Part shown: piece after piece, positions 37,777-47,512 of the stretch
Numbering within the stretch: the first letter of the stretch is position 1
How the letters are laid out: each line of letters opens with the position of its first letter
Source of the DNA: Candidatus Melainabacteria bacterium
GTDB taxonomy: Bacteria > Cyanobacteriota > Vampirovibrionia > 2-02-FULL-35-15
Direction of reading: 5' to 3'
Assembly (NCBI GenBank): GCA_023250205.1
Contig: JAHFBE010000003.1
Span: forward strand, 1-56,450
DNA length: 56,450 nucleotides
Position numbers and translations under genes: made by a program
Notes under the pieces: model-generated
Told to the model about the DNA's origin: nothing
Seen by the model: only the letters and a program-made list of their open reading frames with translations
Databases searched by the model: none

Positions 37777-39390
37777 ATGAACACACTTAGGATCAATAAT
37801 ATTGGTGAAGAAAGATCTTTTGGAAGGCTTTTTTCAGAGCTTGCTGAATCTTCCGGTAGAAAAACATTTGCCAGGCCTATATATAAAAAATTTGAAGATA
37901 GTAATGAAATCTCTTCTAGTTCTGGAGGAAATAGTGTTTTGCATGAACCAGCTATTGCTAGCAGTGTTTTTATGACGAGGAATGTTCCTTCTGGAATGAC
38001 TTTAGAAGACTTTGCAATAGCTACTGAAGAATTTCGTTTGATAAAAGATTCTAGATTAGGTGAATATGATCAAATCTCTATTCAGGATTTTATGTTGGAA
38101 AAAATGATTTGTGAAATATTAACAAAAAAACGTCAATGCCCCGAAAACTTACAGGAAGATCAAATATTTGCACTGAAAGATTATTTTTTGGGAGTAAAGA
38201 CTTTTAAAGATGTTGGCTTGGATCTTGCACAAGGAGGTTATATTAGTCGTAAAGAGCCGAAAGGCTCAAGAGATACAGCAAGTTTCCGTGTAAGTGAAGG
38301 GATAAATGGATTAGTAGAGTGGTTAAAACCCTGCGGAGCTGATATTGAATCAATTGCAAAAGTTTTAAAAAGTTTAAGAGGAAAGCAGATTAAGCAGGAA
38401 CATGATAAATGGCTTGACTCCCTTGAAAAATGGTTTAAGAATCCAATGGATATTCCGGAGAAATTTGAATTTGATAAAGGAACCTTTAAAGATAAGCTTT
38501 TCATAGATAGTTTTCTTAAAAGACTGAATGTGTTTTTTGTAAGATCTTCTTCTAAAGGTGTTATAGAACCGGTAATTGAAAAGCATGGTTTTGTTTTAAA
38601 AGTAGGAGAAGAGAGATATCTTGTTGCAACTAACAAAGGAAGGAAACTTCCATTGCCAGAGAGCGGTAGCGTAGATGAATATTTAACTCAAAGAGTAAGA
38701 AAAGGAAAGATGAACTTAATTATGCTTCTTCTAGGGTACTCATGCGAATTAAATAAAGCATTTAGACCGATTACAGTATTCGACCATGCGCCATATTTAG
38801 GCAAACATGTGGATCTTCGTTTTGGTGCTAATAATGCTAAAGACTATAATAACGGGGCAGAAATAGTAGTCCCGAATTCTTTTAGAGGAAGTAAATTGTT
38901 TCCTTATGTTTCTCCTGAAGATATTAATTCAGGAAAAATGAGAGTATTGTTTTATGAACCAAAAGAGAAAGATCAAACGAAACCAGATTTTAATAAGCCA
39001 GTCCTTGAAGTCTTGCTTAAAAGTAGAGATGAAGGTGATTATGAATCTAATTATCTGGGAAGTCATGCAGATTTTGAATTTAACCGTGGGGCAAGAAATA
39101 AAGTACCCCATGATCTTTTAGGATACTTATTAGCTAAAAGACAAACACTTCCACCATTACCGCAGGTTTGTAATGTTGCTGATGCTCGTGGATATAAGTC
39201 TGTGTCTCTTGCTCATAATCAAATTGGGATTCCTTCCGGATTTTCTCATGAAAAAGTTAAAATTGATATTTATGGTTCAAATGGAGAAAAATTCCTTGGG
39301 TTCTGGTCTCCTGAGCAGGATACGAAAGAGTCAGAACCATTTCTTTTAGTAAGAGCTACACAGTCAGGGTTTGTAAAAGCTTTAAATTGA
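37777..39390 (+). CDS. Hypothetical protein, paralogue 1 of a tandem pair
   Basis: 537 aa; collinear motif matches to 39480-41039. Confidence 0.75.
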   Translation: MNTLRINNIGEERSFGRLFSELAESSGRKTFARPIYKKFEDSNEISSSSGGNSVLHEPAIASSVFMTRNVPSGMTLEDFAIATEEFRLIKDSRLGEYDQISIQDFMLEKMICEILTKKRQCPENLQEDQIFALKDYFLGVKTFKDVGLDLAQGGYISRKEPKGSRDTASFRVSEGINGLVEWLKPCGADIESIAKVLKSLRGKQIKQEHDKWLDSLEKWFKNPMDIPEKFEFDKGTFKDKLFIDSFLKRLNVFFVRSSSKGVIEPVIEKHGFVLKVGEERYLVATNKGRKLPLPESGSVDEYLTQRVRKGKMNLIMLLLGYSCELNKAFRPITVFDHAPYLGKHVDLRFGANNAKDYNNGAEIVVPNSFRGSKLFPYVSPEDINSGKMRVLFYEPKEKDQTKPDFNKPVLEVLLKSRDEGDYESNYLGSHADFEFNRGARNKVPHDLLGYLLAKRQTLPPLPQVCNVADARGYKSVSLAHNQIGIPSGFSHEKVKIDIYGSNGEKFLGFWSPEQDTKESEPFLLVRATQSGFVKALN

Positions 39391-39479
39391 TTTGATTATT
39401 AAACTTTGCTTAGTAACTTGTAAATAGATTATTTTGTAAGAAGTTTGTAAGTATAATATAAATCAATTATAAGTAACAA

Positions 39480-41039
39480 ATGACAAGAATAGAAAAAAAC
39501 CTGGGAGTCTTGGAGCCATTTATATTAGTTGCTGCACTTAATCAAAGTTCAGCTAATGGCAATGGAGCTTCTCCTTTACAGACAATTCCTGATTCAAGTA
39601 TTACTTTTCCTGATAATTTAACATCTCAGCAGGCAGAGGTATTAGGAAAAGAACTTAGATCTATCCCTGTGAATGGAGCACCAATAGATCTTGAGCATCT
39701 TTATTTGGGGCAACTTTTAAGAGAAATATTCTCTGGTAAAAGGGATGATCTTTTAAAGAGTCTTCATATTAATGATGAAAGTAGAACGATCCTTCAAAGA
39801 AGGTTTGTAGAAGGTATATGGTGGAGAGATATTAATGAAGGGCTTGGGAAGGTCCCTGTTTCAGCTGATGCTAATAGTTCTTATGATGGTCGCCAAAATG
39901 CTGAGGGAAGAGCAAAGTATGCTATTGCAAAAATAACCCACTGGTTAGAACCTCTTGGTGCTACACCAGAAACAATGAAAAAAGTTTTGGATAATTTGTC
40001 TGAGGTTAAAGCAGAGTCCAGGAAAAATCTATCAAAAGCTGAAAATTATATAAAAAGATGGCTTGAATCTTTTCATCAGTGGATTGATGGAAAGATAAAG
40101 AGATTGAGACCAATAGAGTTTAACTTATATGATAAAGATATAGCCTCTGCTTTTGTTGGACTAATTGAGAAATTAAAAATTAAACTACCACGATTATTAG
40201 AAGAAGGGAAATTAAGACCATCAAAAGATAAACTTGGTTATGTCCTTGAAGTACAAAATGATTCTGGTGACAAGATTTTACAAAGACAATTAATGGCTTA
40301 TAATACAGGGCGTTTATTGGAACCTCCACGAGAAGGTAGTCCTCTTGATTTTTTAATTGATAGAACGGGGGGGAAGAAATTTTCACTTCATACATTGATT
40401 AATGGATTTGGACCTGTAAACTTGCTGCAAGCTCTTGATACTGTGACAATTACTATTCAGGACAGAGGAGATAAGCAAGGAACCAGAGTTATAGATTTTA
40501 GAGTTAGGAAAGATAGAACAAAAGCTGATTTAGACTTTGGCTATCAAATCCCAATTCCTAGTATTTACAGTGGGAGTTCATTAAAACCACAGATATCCGT
40601 TGATGACTTAAAAATAGGAAATAGCAAAATAACCTTTTGTGATCCAAAATCAAATAAACCAGTTATAGAAGTCATTTTTACTGAAAAGGGATATGAAACA
40701 AATTATCTTGGGAAATATGCAAATCCTGATTATTGGAGAGGGGCAACTAAAAAAGTCTCATATGAAGCAAAAAGGTTTTTGCAGGGGAAAAGAGTTACTA
40801 AACCCTTATTGCATGAACTGAATATTAATAAGTACGAAGGACATTCTTATCTTCGTTTTCTGGGTATATCGGTAGATCTTGGGAAAGATTTCTTAAAAGA
40901 CAAAGTCTCTCCTGCTTTTCTAGCGACTCATGATGGTGAGAAATCTATTGGAATATATCTAAATAAATCAGACTCTGAGCCATATCTTATTTTAAAGATG
41001 GATGGTGAAGAAGTTAAAGTAGAATCTAATAAATTATAA
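39480..41039 (+). CDS. Hypothetical protein, paralogue 2 of a tandem pair
   Basis: 519 aa; collinear motif matches to 37777-39390. Confidence 0.75.
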   Translation: MTRIEKNLGVLEPFILVAALNQSSANGNGASPLQTIPDSSITFPDNLTSQQAEVLGKELRSIPVNGAPIDLEHLYLGQLLREIFSGKRDDLLKSLHINDESRTILQRRFVEGIWWRDINEGLGKVPVSADANSSYDGRQNAEGRAKYAIAKITHWLEPLGATPETMKKVLDNLSEVKAESRKNLSKAENYIKRWLESFHQWIDGKIKRLRPIEFNLYDKDIASAFVGLIEKLKIKLPRLLEEGKLRPSKDKLGYVLEVQNDSGDKILQRQLMAYNTGRLLEPPREGSPLDFLIDRTGGKKFSLHTLINGFGPVNLLQALDTVTITIQDRGDKQGTRVIDFRVRKDRTKADLDFGYQIPIPSIYSGSSLKPQISVDDLKIGNSKITFCDPKSNKPVIEVIFTEKGYETNYLGKYANPDYWRGATKKVSYEAKRFLQGKRVTKPLLHELNINKYEGHSYLRFLGISVDLGKDFLKDKVSPAFLATHDGEKSIGIYLNKSDSEPYLILKMDGEEVKVESNKL

Positions 41040-42002
41040 AAAAGTTTTAAGTCTGCTTAAATCTAGGTTTCCACCGCTAAGTACAACAACAGTATTTTTC
41101 CCCACAGGAATCTTTCTTTCAAGAAGCGCAGCTACTGTACATGCTGCAGAAGGTTCAACTAATATCTTTTGCCTTTCAAGAAGCATTAGAATGGCATCTT
41201 TTGTTTTCTCGTCAGAGATTGTAAAAATATCATCTACATAATTTTTGGTTAAATTAAAAGTAATATCACCGACTCTACATGCAGAAAGTCCTTCAGCAAA
41301 TGAAGTGATTTTGGGGAGGGGTACGATTTTGCCTGATTTAAAACTTTGGTACATAGAATCAGCGCCAACAGTTTCAACACCAAAGATTTTTACATCTTTT
41401 TTAATTTGTTTAATAGTACTTGCAAGTCCTGAGATTAATCCGCCTCCGCCAATTGAGCAGATAATTGTATCTACTTCAGGTAGATCTTTTATAATTTCAA
41501 GTGCTACTGTACCTTGTCCGGCTACTATATCTATATCGTTAAATGCATGAACGTGTTCGTATCCTAACTCTTTTTGTAATTCGAAAGAATAATCAAGAGC
41601 ATGTTGCAGTTCTGTTCCATGAATGACGATTTCTGCTCCATAACTTTTACAGGCGTCGATTTTACAGTCAGGAACACCTTGAAACATTACGAGCTTTGCT
41701 TTAAGTCCAAGCTTCTGAGCCGAGTAAGCTACCCCCTGAGCATGATTTCCACCACTTGCTGCAACAAGACCTTTTATTTTTTTTGTTCTCAAAACTTTTA
41801 GAGTTTTATTTAATGCACCACGTGGTTTGAATGAACCAGTTTTTTGAAAATTTTCAAGTTTAAAGAAAATATTCGTACCGATTAATTCAGTAAAAGTAGC
41901 TGTAGATATTAAAGGGGTCCAGACTAAATAGGGGCTTATAATTTCATGAACTTTTTTAATCTCAGTTAAATTTAATTCATTATAGGATACTGTGGGTGAC
42001 AT
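41034..42002 (-). CDS. ilvA: PLP-dependent threonine/serine dehydratase, short form without regulatory domain
   Basis: FFKLENFQKTGSFKPRGA, AASGGNHAQG, SIGGGGLISG, LVEPSAA, VLSGGN. Confidence 0.88.
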   Translation of the reverse strand: MSPTVSYNELNLTEIKKVHEIISPYLVWTPLISTATFTELIGTNIFFKLENFQKTGSFKPRGALNKTLKVLRTKKIKGLVAASGGNHAQGVAYSAQKLGLKAKLVMFQGVPDCKIDACKSYGAEIVIHGTELQHALDYSFELQKELGYEHVHAFNDIDIVAGQGTVALEIIKDLPEVDTIICSIGGGGLISGLASTIKQIKKDVKIFGVETVGADSMYQSFKSGKIVPLPKITSFAEGLSACRVGDITFNLTKNYVDDIFTISDEKTKDAILMLLERQKILVEPSAACTVAALLERKIPVGKNTVVVLSGGNLDLSRLKTFL

Positions 42003-42025
42003 GTCTAAATAAACTCCTTTTGAGG

Positions 42026-42129
42026 TAAGATTTTATCCGATTTATTCGGTAAAATCTGGAAAACATTATTGAAAACAGTTCAGATGCACTATGCAAAGCC
42101 TGACAAGCGAAGAATGAGCGAGGAAGGCG
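42026..42129 (+). repeat. 104-bp structured dispersed element, copy B
   Basis: taagattttatccgatttattcggtaaaatctgga...agatgcactatgcaaagcctgacaagcgaagaatgagc(g/a)aggaaggcg, shared with copy A. Confidence 0.88.
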
Positions 42130-42229
42130 GATTAGAAATAAATTCTAACTCGGGATATAATACTGTGGCTTCTTTGCTCATAGGGATTATAATAGCAAAG
42201 AAAAGCTAGGAAAATATAAGAGCTTGGGT

Positions 42230-43603
42230 ATGAAAAAAAATATAGCTGAAATATTAAAGAAAATTGACAAGGATCATTACTCTTTACTTATTGATATTGG
42301 GAATGTATCTAAAGAATTAGGATTGAGATCTTATCTTGTAGGTGGGATGGTTAGAGATCTTTTACTTAGTTCTAATAATTTGGATATAGATATAGTTGTT
42401 GAAGATCATGCAAAAGATTCTCCGGCAAAACGATTGGCTGATGGGCTTGTTCGAAAGTCTTCAAATTATGAACTATCAGCAAAGCATGATCGATTTCATA
42501 CTGCCAAAGTGATTTTTAATGTTAATGGAAAAAAGATTCCAATTGATTTAGCTTCTACAAGAGAAGAAAACTATAAAGAGTCAGCTGGACTTCCTGACAT
42601 TACACTTACAAATTTAAAAAACGATCTAAAAAGAAGAGATTTTACTATAAATGCTCTAGCTGTTTCACTGATGCCAGATGATTTTGGGGAAGTTGAAGAT
42701 TTCTTTAATGGCTTAGAAGATCTTGAATTAAAAAAAATCAATATTGTTCCAAATGAAGGAAGACTACAAAACAATACATTTATTGAAGATCCTACCAGAA
42801 TGATAAGAGCTGTACGATTTGCTTGTAAACTGGGTTTTAAGATTGAGGAAAATACATGGAAGCTTCTTAAAGAGACCATGGATTCAGGAGTTTTTGATAA
42901 TTTAATTGAAAAAATCAGGGGTGATAGAGTAAAAATTGAAATCAGGTATTTGTTTAACCTGTCTAATGTAGAAGAGGCAGTTAAAGAATTTTTTGAATCC
43001 GGAATTTATAGGATGGTGTCAACGGAATTGAATTCCCGTAGTGACGCGATCAATCGCGTTACTATTGGCAATGATATGCCAAATCAATGGCTCATTTATC
43101 TTGCCATTGTTATGAAGGATTTAAATCCTGGTATGCAGGAGCAAATAATGAAAAATCTACAAATGCCCGGGGATGAGATAAAGGTTATACGGTCTGGGTT
43201 TAATGTGTTAAATAAATTGAATGGAAACAGTTCAATTAATCCTATGCTTGTTTATAGAGAATTAAAAAATTTATCTATGGAAAGCATAGTAATGGTTAAA
43301 ATGTTAAGTGTCATTGCGAGGAGTGAAACGACGAAGCAATCTCAAAATCGAGAAGAAGTTAATGAGATTGCTTTGGACTCGCGTCCTCGAAATGACATGA
43401 ATGAGTTAGCTTTGTTAATTGATGAATATCTCTCAAAGACCTCAAAAATAAAACTAGAAATCACAGGTCAGGATTTAATTAATATTGGTGTTCAAGAAGG
43501 CAAGAAAATAGGTGAAATTTTAGATAAAGTCCTTGAAATGAAAATCAAAAATCCAAATATGAGTAAGCAGGATGAGGAAAGAGAAGTAAAGAATTTAATC
43601 TAA
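42230..43603 (+). CDS. cca: Class II tRNA nucleotidyltransferase (CCA- or A-adding) with two in-frame palindromic insertions
   Basis: VGGMVRDLLL..DIDIV, RRDFTINALA, EDPTRMIRAVRFA, C-terminal ITGQDL..G..G..IG.IL. Confidence 0.9.
   Translation: MKKNIAEILKKIDKDHYSLLIDIGNVSKELGLRSYLVGGMVRDLLLSSNNLDIDIVVEDHAKDSPAKRLADGLVRKSSNYELSAKHDRFHTAKVIFNVNGKKIPIDLASTREENYKESAGLPDITLTNLKNDLKRRDFTINALAVSLMPDDFGEVEDFFNGLEDLELKKINIVPNEGRLQNNTFIEDPTRMIRAVRFACKLGFKIEENTWKLLKETMDSGVFDNLIEKIRGDRVKIEIRYLFNLSNVEEAVKEFFESGIYRMVSTELNSRSDAINRVTIGNDMPNQWLIYLAIVMKDLNPGMQEQIMKNLQMPGDEIKVIRSGFNVLNKLNGNSSINPMLVYRELKNLSMESIVMVKMLSVIARSETTKQSQNREEVNEIALDSRPRNDMNELALLIDEYLSKTSKIKLEITGQDLINIGVQEGKKIGEILDKVLEMKIKNPNMSKQDEEREVKNLI
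43038..43065. repeat. GTAG-type palindrome within cca (gtagtgacgcgatcaatcgcgttactat)
   Basis: 12-bp arms with one mismatch; GC-rich in an AT-rich gene; encodes part of RSDAINRVTI. Confidence 0.65.
43310..43396. repeat. REP-like element, copy 4, in frame in cca (87 bp = 29 codons)
   Basis: gtcattgcgagga...gaagcaatctc...gagattgct...tcctcgaaatgac encodes VIARSETTKQSQNREEVNEIALDSRPRND. Confidence 0.93.
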
Positions 43604-46600
43604 TCTTCAGATTTAGGTACAAATTTGTACTCTTTTCTTAAGCGATTTCCTTTTAACCATTTAAAGCTACGTCTGGCTTTACTTGTGATTTTCTTTGGAT
43701 CTTTAATATTCCCTTTTATTTCAAATTTAAAGTGTCTTGGAGAATTAGAAGATAAAAACGGAATAAAAAATCTTTTCTTTCCAATTGTATCTGGAATTAT
43801 TGAAATTGCTCCTGTGAATGGATTAACTGGTTTTGCTAATTCAGTTCCCGGGGTAATTTGTTTTGTAGGGATTTTTGTAGGTAGGTATCCATAAAAAGAT
43901 AATCCGATGAATGAATTATTTAAATCTATAAAACCAAAGGAATTTAAAAATAAGTCTTTTGCACGATAGATAATCTCATTTGCTTTGATTATTCCATCTT
44001 TTAAATCCAGACTCCCTTTTATTTTGTTAAAGCTACCATCTTGATATTTGAAGAATAATGAAAACACATTTTTTAAATTGAATCCAAAAATTCCCTGAGT
44101 GAAAATACTTGCAACCTGTAAACCTTTTTGTAAAAGAGCTACTTGTCCAAGCTTTCCATCAACTACGGAGAATGATAGCTGTCCTGCACTCCTTGAGATA
44201 AATTCATCCTTTGTCTTTCCTTTGCCGTCAACCATAAGAGAAAAATTTGTTCTGCCTGATAATTTATCAGGATCAAGAAATATAAATGCTCCAAGACTTG
44301 TAAGTTCAAGATCTGATGCATTTATATTAAAGTTTATTCCATTGTCTCTTGGGTCATATGAGCCAACCGCAAAAATATTTCCTGGGTTTGCATCTAAAGC
44401 AATCTCATTAAAATAAATTACTGGATTTGAATAACTTAAAGAAGCAGAAAGCGAGTTTGCATTTAATGAAGCATATTTAATATTGTTTATTTTTGAATTT
44501 GCAATACCTTGCTCAGTATCTAAATAAAGACTCAATGAACCATCCGAAGCAGTAAGCTTTTTATTAAACAATTCAGGTAATTCTAATTCTGTTACGGAGG
44601 CATTACTTGAAATTGCATACATTGAGGGAGTTCCTGAAATAGAGCCTTGAAATTCAATCTTTCCCCATGCTTTAAGCCCCATTAGTGGAATGATTGGTTC
44701 AATAATCATAAATAAACCGCATGGTTCATCTGTCATAAAATAAAGCATTAGTTCAGGATCTTTTGAATCTATCTTTTTAATACTTCCACCCGTAGTAAGA
44801 GATAGTTTATTAGCTTTGATATTAAAATCATTTATATAAAGATCCATGTTTTCTACATTGTAATCTAGCTTTGTAGATATTGCATAAGCTTTGTCTATAG
44901 GCTTTCTAATATATGGCTGTACTTCAAGCATTAGCATTTCATCTAATGTTGAGTAAACTGATAAATTAACCCAGGGAAAGGTTATGTCAAAGTTTGCAAT
45001 TGTTGGGATGAAGCCATCGGTTGTTATTTTATTTAGCTCAGGGGCGTTTATGGCTTGTAGAAGTGAAGGTATATTTAAATCAGTCCATAGCTGTCCCTGA
45101 ATATTAAAATTAGGCTTTAAATAATTTGAAACAGTTAAATTACAATTGAAATTATTGTTTTCATTAAGTGAACCCTTTAAATCATATAAGTTTAAATCCT
45201 TCTCCCCAATTACAAGTCTGCCGGCTAAGTTCTTTAATCCAAATGGAAGTAATTTATATTTTAGTTCTACATCTTTAAAATAAATATTTCCAAGGACAGT
45301 ATCAGGATGCAAAAATATATCTAGCGCAGCAATTCCTTTAAACTTTTCAAGAGCTTCTGATTGTGTACTAAGAGAGGTGGTTTTTAATTGCTCTTTTATA
45401 AAATCCCATAAATTACCCAGTTCTATATCATTAGTAACTAATCTAATCCTTGGTTTTGGGGATGATAGGAGATCCTGAATATATCCGGCAATAGCAAAAT
45501 CAGAGTTTTGAATTTTGCCATTTAAATCATCAATAATTAACTCAGTCCCCTGAAAGCTCAGACTTCCCTCTATATTTTGAATTTTGTCTGGAAACTTAGG
45601 AATGTTAAATGATATGTTGTTTAGTTGTAGCATTCCATATAAAATAGGCTTTGTTAGGGAGCCTAAAATATTTAAGCTCAAATTATTAGCTTCACCTGTA
45701 ACAGTCTCAGCAATTGGCTTAAATGGTGTTTTTGAAGTTATTAGTGACAACACATAAGGAATTACTTTTAAATGCTTTGCTTCAACTAAAAGATTTAATT
45801 TTTCATCTTCTTTCAGAGATAAATCTCCGTGAATAAAAAAGCTTTCATTATTAATTAAGCCGTTTAAATTATTAAAAGCAATTTTAGTTCCATCCAGTAA
45901 AAGCTCTCCAATTAAATTTTTAATTTCTAATGGTTCATCATGAAGTAGAAAAAGTTCAACATCATGAAAACTTAGTTTACCCATTATGTCAGGAGCAGTG
46001 TTTGGAGCATTTGCTACGGTAAGATTTACATCAAGTTTTCCGTCTGAGCTTATTCCCTCTAAGATTGAAGATTGAAACCCGGCTTCAATTAGCAAACTTA
46101 ATATACTTCGAATACTAAGAGCTTTCCCACCTATACTAAAATTACTTTTCCCATTTTCACTATTTATTTCACCTTGTACTATAAGTGGGGAACCCTCAAT
46201 TGGAATATTTAAATGATCAATAGTTAATATTTGATCATTTAAAATGAGCTTTCCTTCTACGCCATTAATTGCACTTAAAAATCCGGATTCCGCAGTTAGA
46301 TTAAAATCACTAAGTATGACTGTACCATTATATTTTGGAGCAATTAAAGGTCCATCTAGCTTTATATCGAGTTGGGCATAACCTTCATCATTGATAGGCT
46401 CAATTCTTTCTCTTGTACTTGCAGGTAATAAAGAAAGTGGTAAATATGGTTTTACAGCTTTAAAATTAAATCTATTTGTGTCTAATTTAAGATTTACTTC
46501 TGGTAGAGGCTTTGACCAGTTATAAATATAACCATTAAGAGAGTAGCTTAATTCATCGATGTTTGATCTAAATGACTTTAAGAAAATTTTATTTTGATCA

Positions 46601-47505
46601 ATAAAAGCATTTACATACAAATCTGTTTTTGGTATTTCTATAACTTGTGCTGCCTCTTTATTCTGAAAGCCAATAACAAAGTTATTTGTATCAGTTTTTA
46701 TTCTAAGCTTAATTTGTTTTTCTTTTTTGTTCTTTTTAATCCGTCCTGTACCAGTGAATTCTCCTGATACCTTTGTAATTTGAGGTTCTTTTACCAGATC
46801 ACAAAGATAACCGTACCAGTTTGAAAGCTCTAAATTATTTGCTGTGAAAAATAGATTAAGTTCACTGTTTGCCCAGGTAAACTTTTTCTTTTCGCTATAT
46901 TTCCCCTTGATTTTTATAAATGAATTATTTTTCGGTGAACCTATTTTTGTTGTTAAATCAATTTTTCTTCTTTTTGAAAAAATATTTTTTTCAAAAGTGA
47001 GATTTAGATCTTTGTATAGGATCTTTTGAGTGATTGGATTTAACTCATCAATTGAATAAATGATGCTGTTATGAAGCCTTAGATTGTCAACTTTTGGAGG
47101 TGGTCCTGTTGGAAAGACTGTTATTATGTTCCATTCTCCCTTTTTATTTCTAATCAGGTTTAAATAAAGATTTGTTGAATCTATACTGTAAAAATGTGAA
47201 GAAGAGCCAGTGATTATATTTCTTAAATGCCAGACAAATCTTGTTGGTCCACCCTGTAAAACAATGTTATTTTCTTGATCATATAAAGTGATTTTTGAAG
47301 TAGTTACTCCAAGTTTTAACTTATCCCAGTCCCATTGAAGCTCTCCAAGTTTAACAGTACAGGTAAGTTGATTCTTTAAGTTTCCTTCTACTGCACTTTT
47401 AAATTTGTTTATGTTATTTAGAAAAAAAAGGAAAAAAGTAATTAAAATGCATAAAGCAATGAATGACCATACAAGGATTCTCGTAATTGTTTTTATTGAA
47501 ATCAT
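43600..47505 (-). CDS. AsmA-like / DUF3971-type envelope protein
   Basis: Single N-terminal membrane anchor, repeated beta-rich segments, AsmA-like C-terminus (FNKIKGSLDLKDGII...GFIDL). Confidence 0.78.
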   Translation of the reverse strand: MISIKTITRILVWSFIALCILITFFLFFLNNINKFKSAVEGNLKNQLTCTVKLGELQWDWDKLKLGVTTSKITLYDQENNIVLQGGPTRFVWHLRNIITGSSSHFYSIDSTNLYLNLIRNKKGEWNIITVFPTGPPPKVDNLRLHNSIIYSIDELNPITQKILYKDLNLTFEKNIFSKRRKIDLTTKIGSPKNNSFIKIKGKYSEKKKFTWANSELNLFFTANNLELSNWYGYLCDLVKEPQITKVSGEFTGTGRIKKNKKEKQIKLRIKTDTNNFVIGFQNKEAAQVIEIPKTDLYVNAFIDQNKIFLKSFRSNIDELSYSLNGYIYNWSKPLPEVNLKLDTNRFNFKAVKPYLPLSLLPASTRERIEPINDEGYAQLDIKLDGPLIAPKYNGTVILSDFNLTAESGFLSAINGVEGKLILNDQILTIDHLNIPIEGSPLIVQGEINSENGKSNFSIGGKALSIRSILSLLIEAGFQSSILEGISSDGKLDVNLTVANAPNTAPDIMGKLSFHDVELFLLHDEPLEIKNLIGELLLDGTKIAFNNLNGLINNESFFIHGDLSLKEDEKLNLLVEAKHLKVIPYVLSLITSKTPFKPIAETVTGEANNLSLNILGSLTKPILYGMLQLNNISFNIPKFPDKIQNIEGSLSFQGTELIIDDLNGKIQNSDFAIAGYIQDLLSSPKPRIRLVTNDIELGNLWDFIKEQLKTTSLSTQSEALEKFKGIAALDIFLHPDTVLGNIYFKDVELKYKLLPFGLKNLAGRLVIGEKDLNLYDLKGSLNENNNFNCNLTVSNYLKPNFNIQGQLWTDLNIPSLLQAINAPELNKITTDGFIPTIANFDITFPWVNLSVYSTLDEMLMLEVQPYIRKPIDKAYAISTKLDYNVENMDLYINDFNIKANKLSLTTGGSIKKIDSKDPELMLYFMTDEPCGLFMIIEPIIPLMGLKAWGKIEFQGSISGTPSMYAISSNASVTELELPELFNKKLTASDGSLSLYLDTEQGIANSKINNIKYASLNANSLSASLSYSNPVIYFNEIALDANPGNIFAVGSYDPRDNGINFNINASDLELTSLGAFIFLDPDKLSGRTNFSLMVDGKGKTKDEFISRSAGQLSFSVVDGKLGQVALLQKGLQVASIFTQGIFGFNLKNVFSLFFKYQDGSFNKIKGSLDLKDGIIKANEIIYRAKDLFLNSFGFIDLNNSFIGLSFYGYLPTKIPTKQITPGTELAKPVNPFTGAISIIPDTIGKKRFFIPFLSSNSPRHFKFEIKGNIKDPKKITSKARRSFKWLKGNRLRKEYKFVPKSED

Positions 47506-47512
47506 TTTTTGT

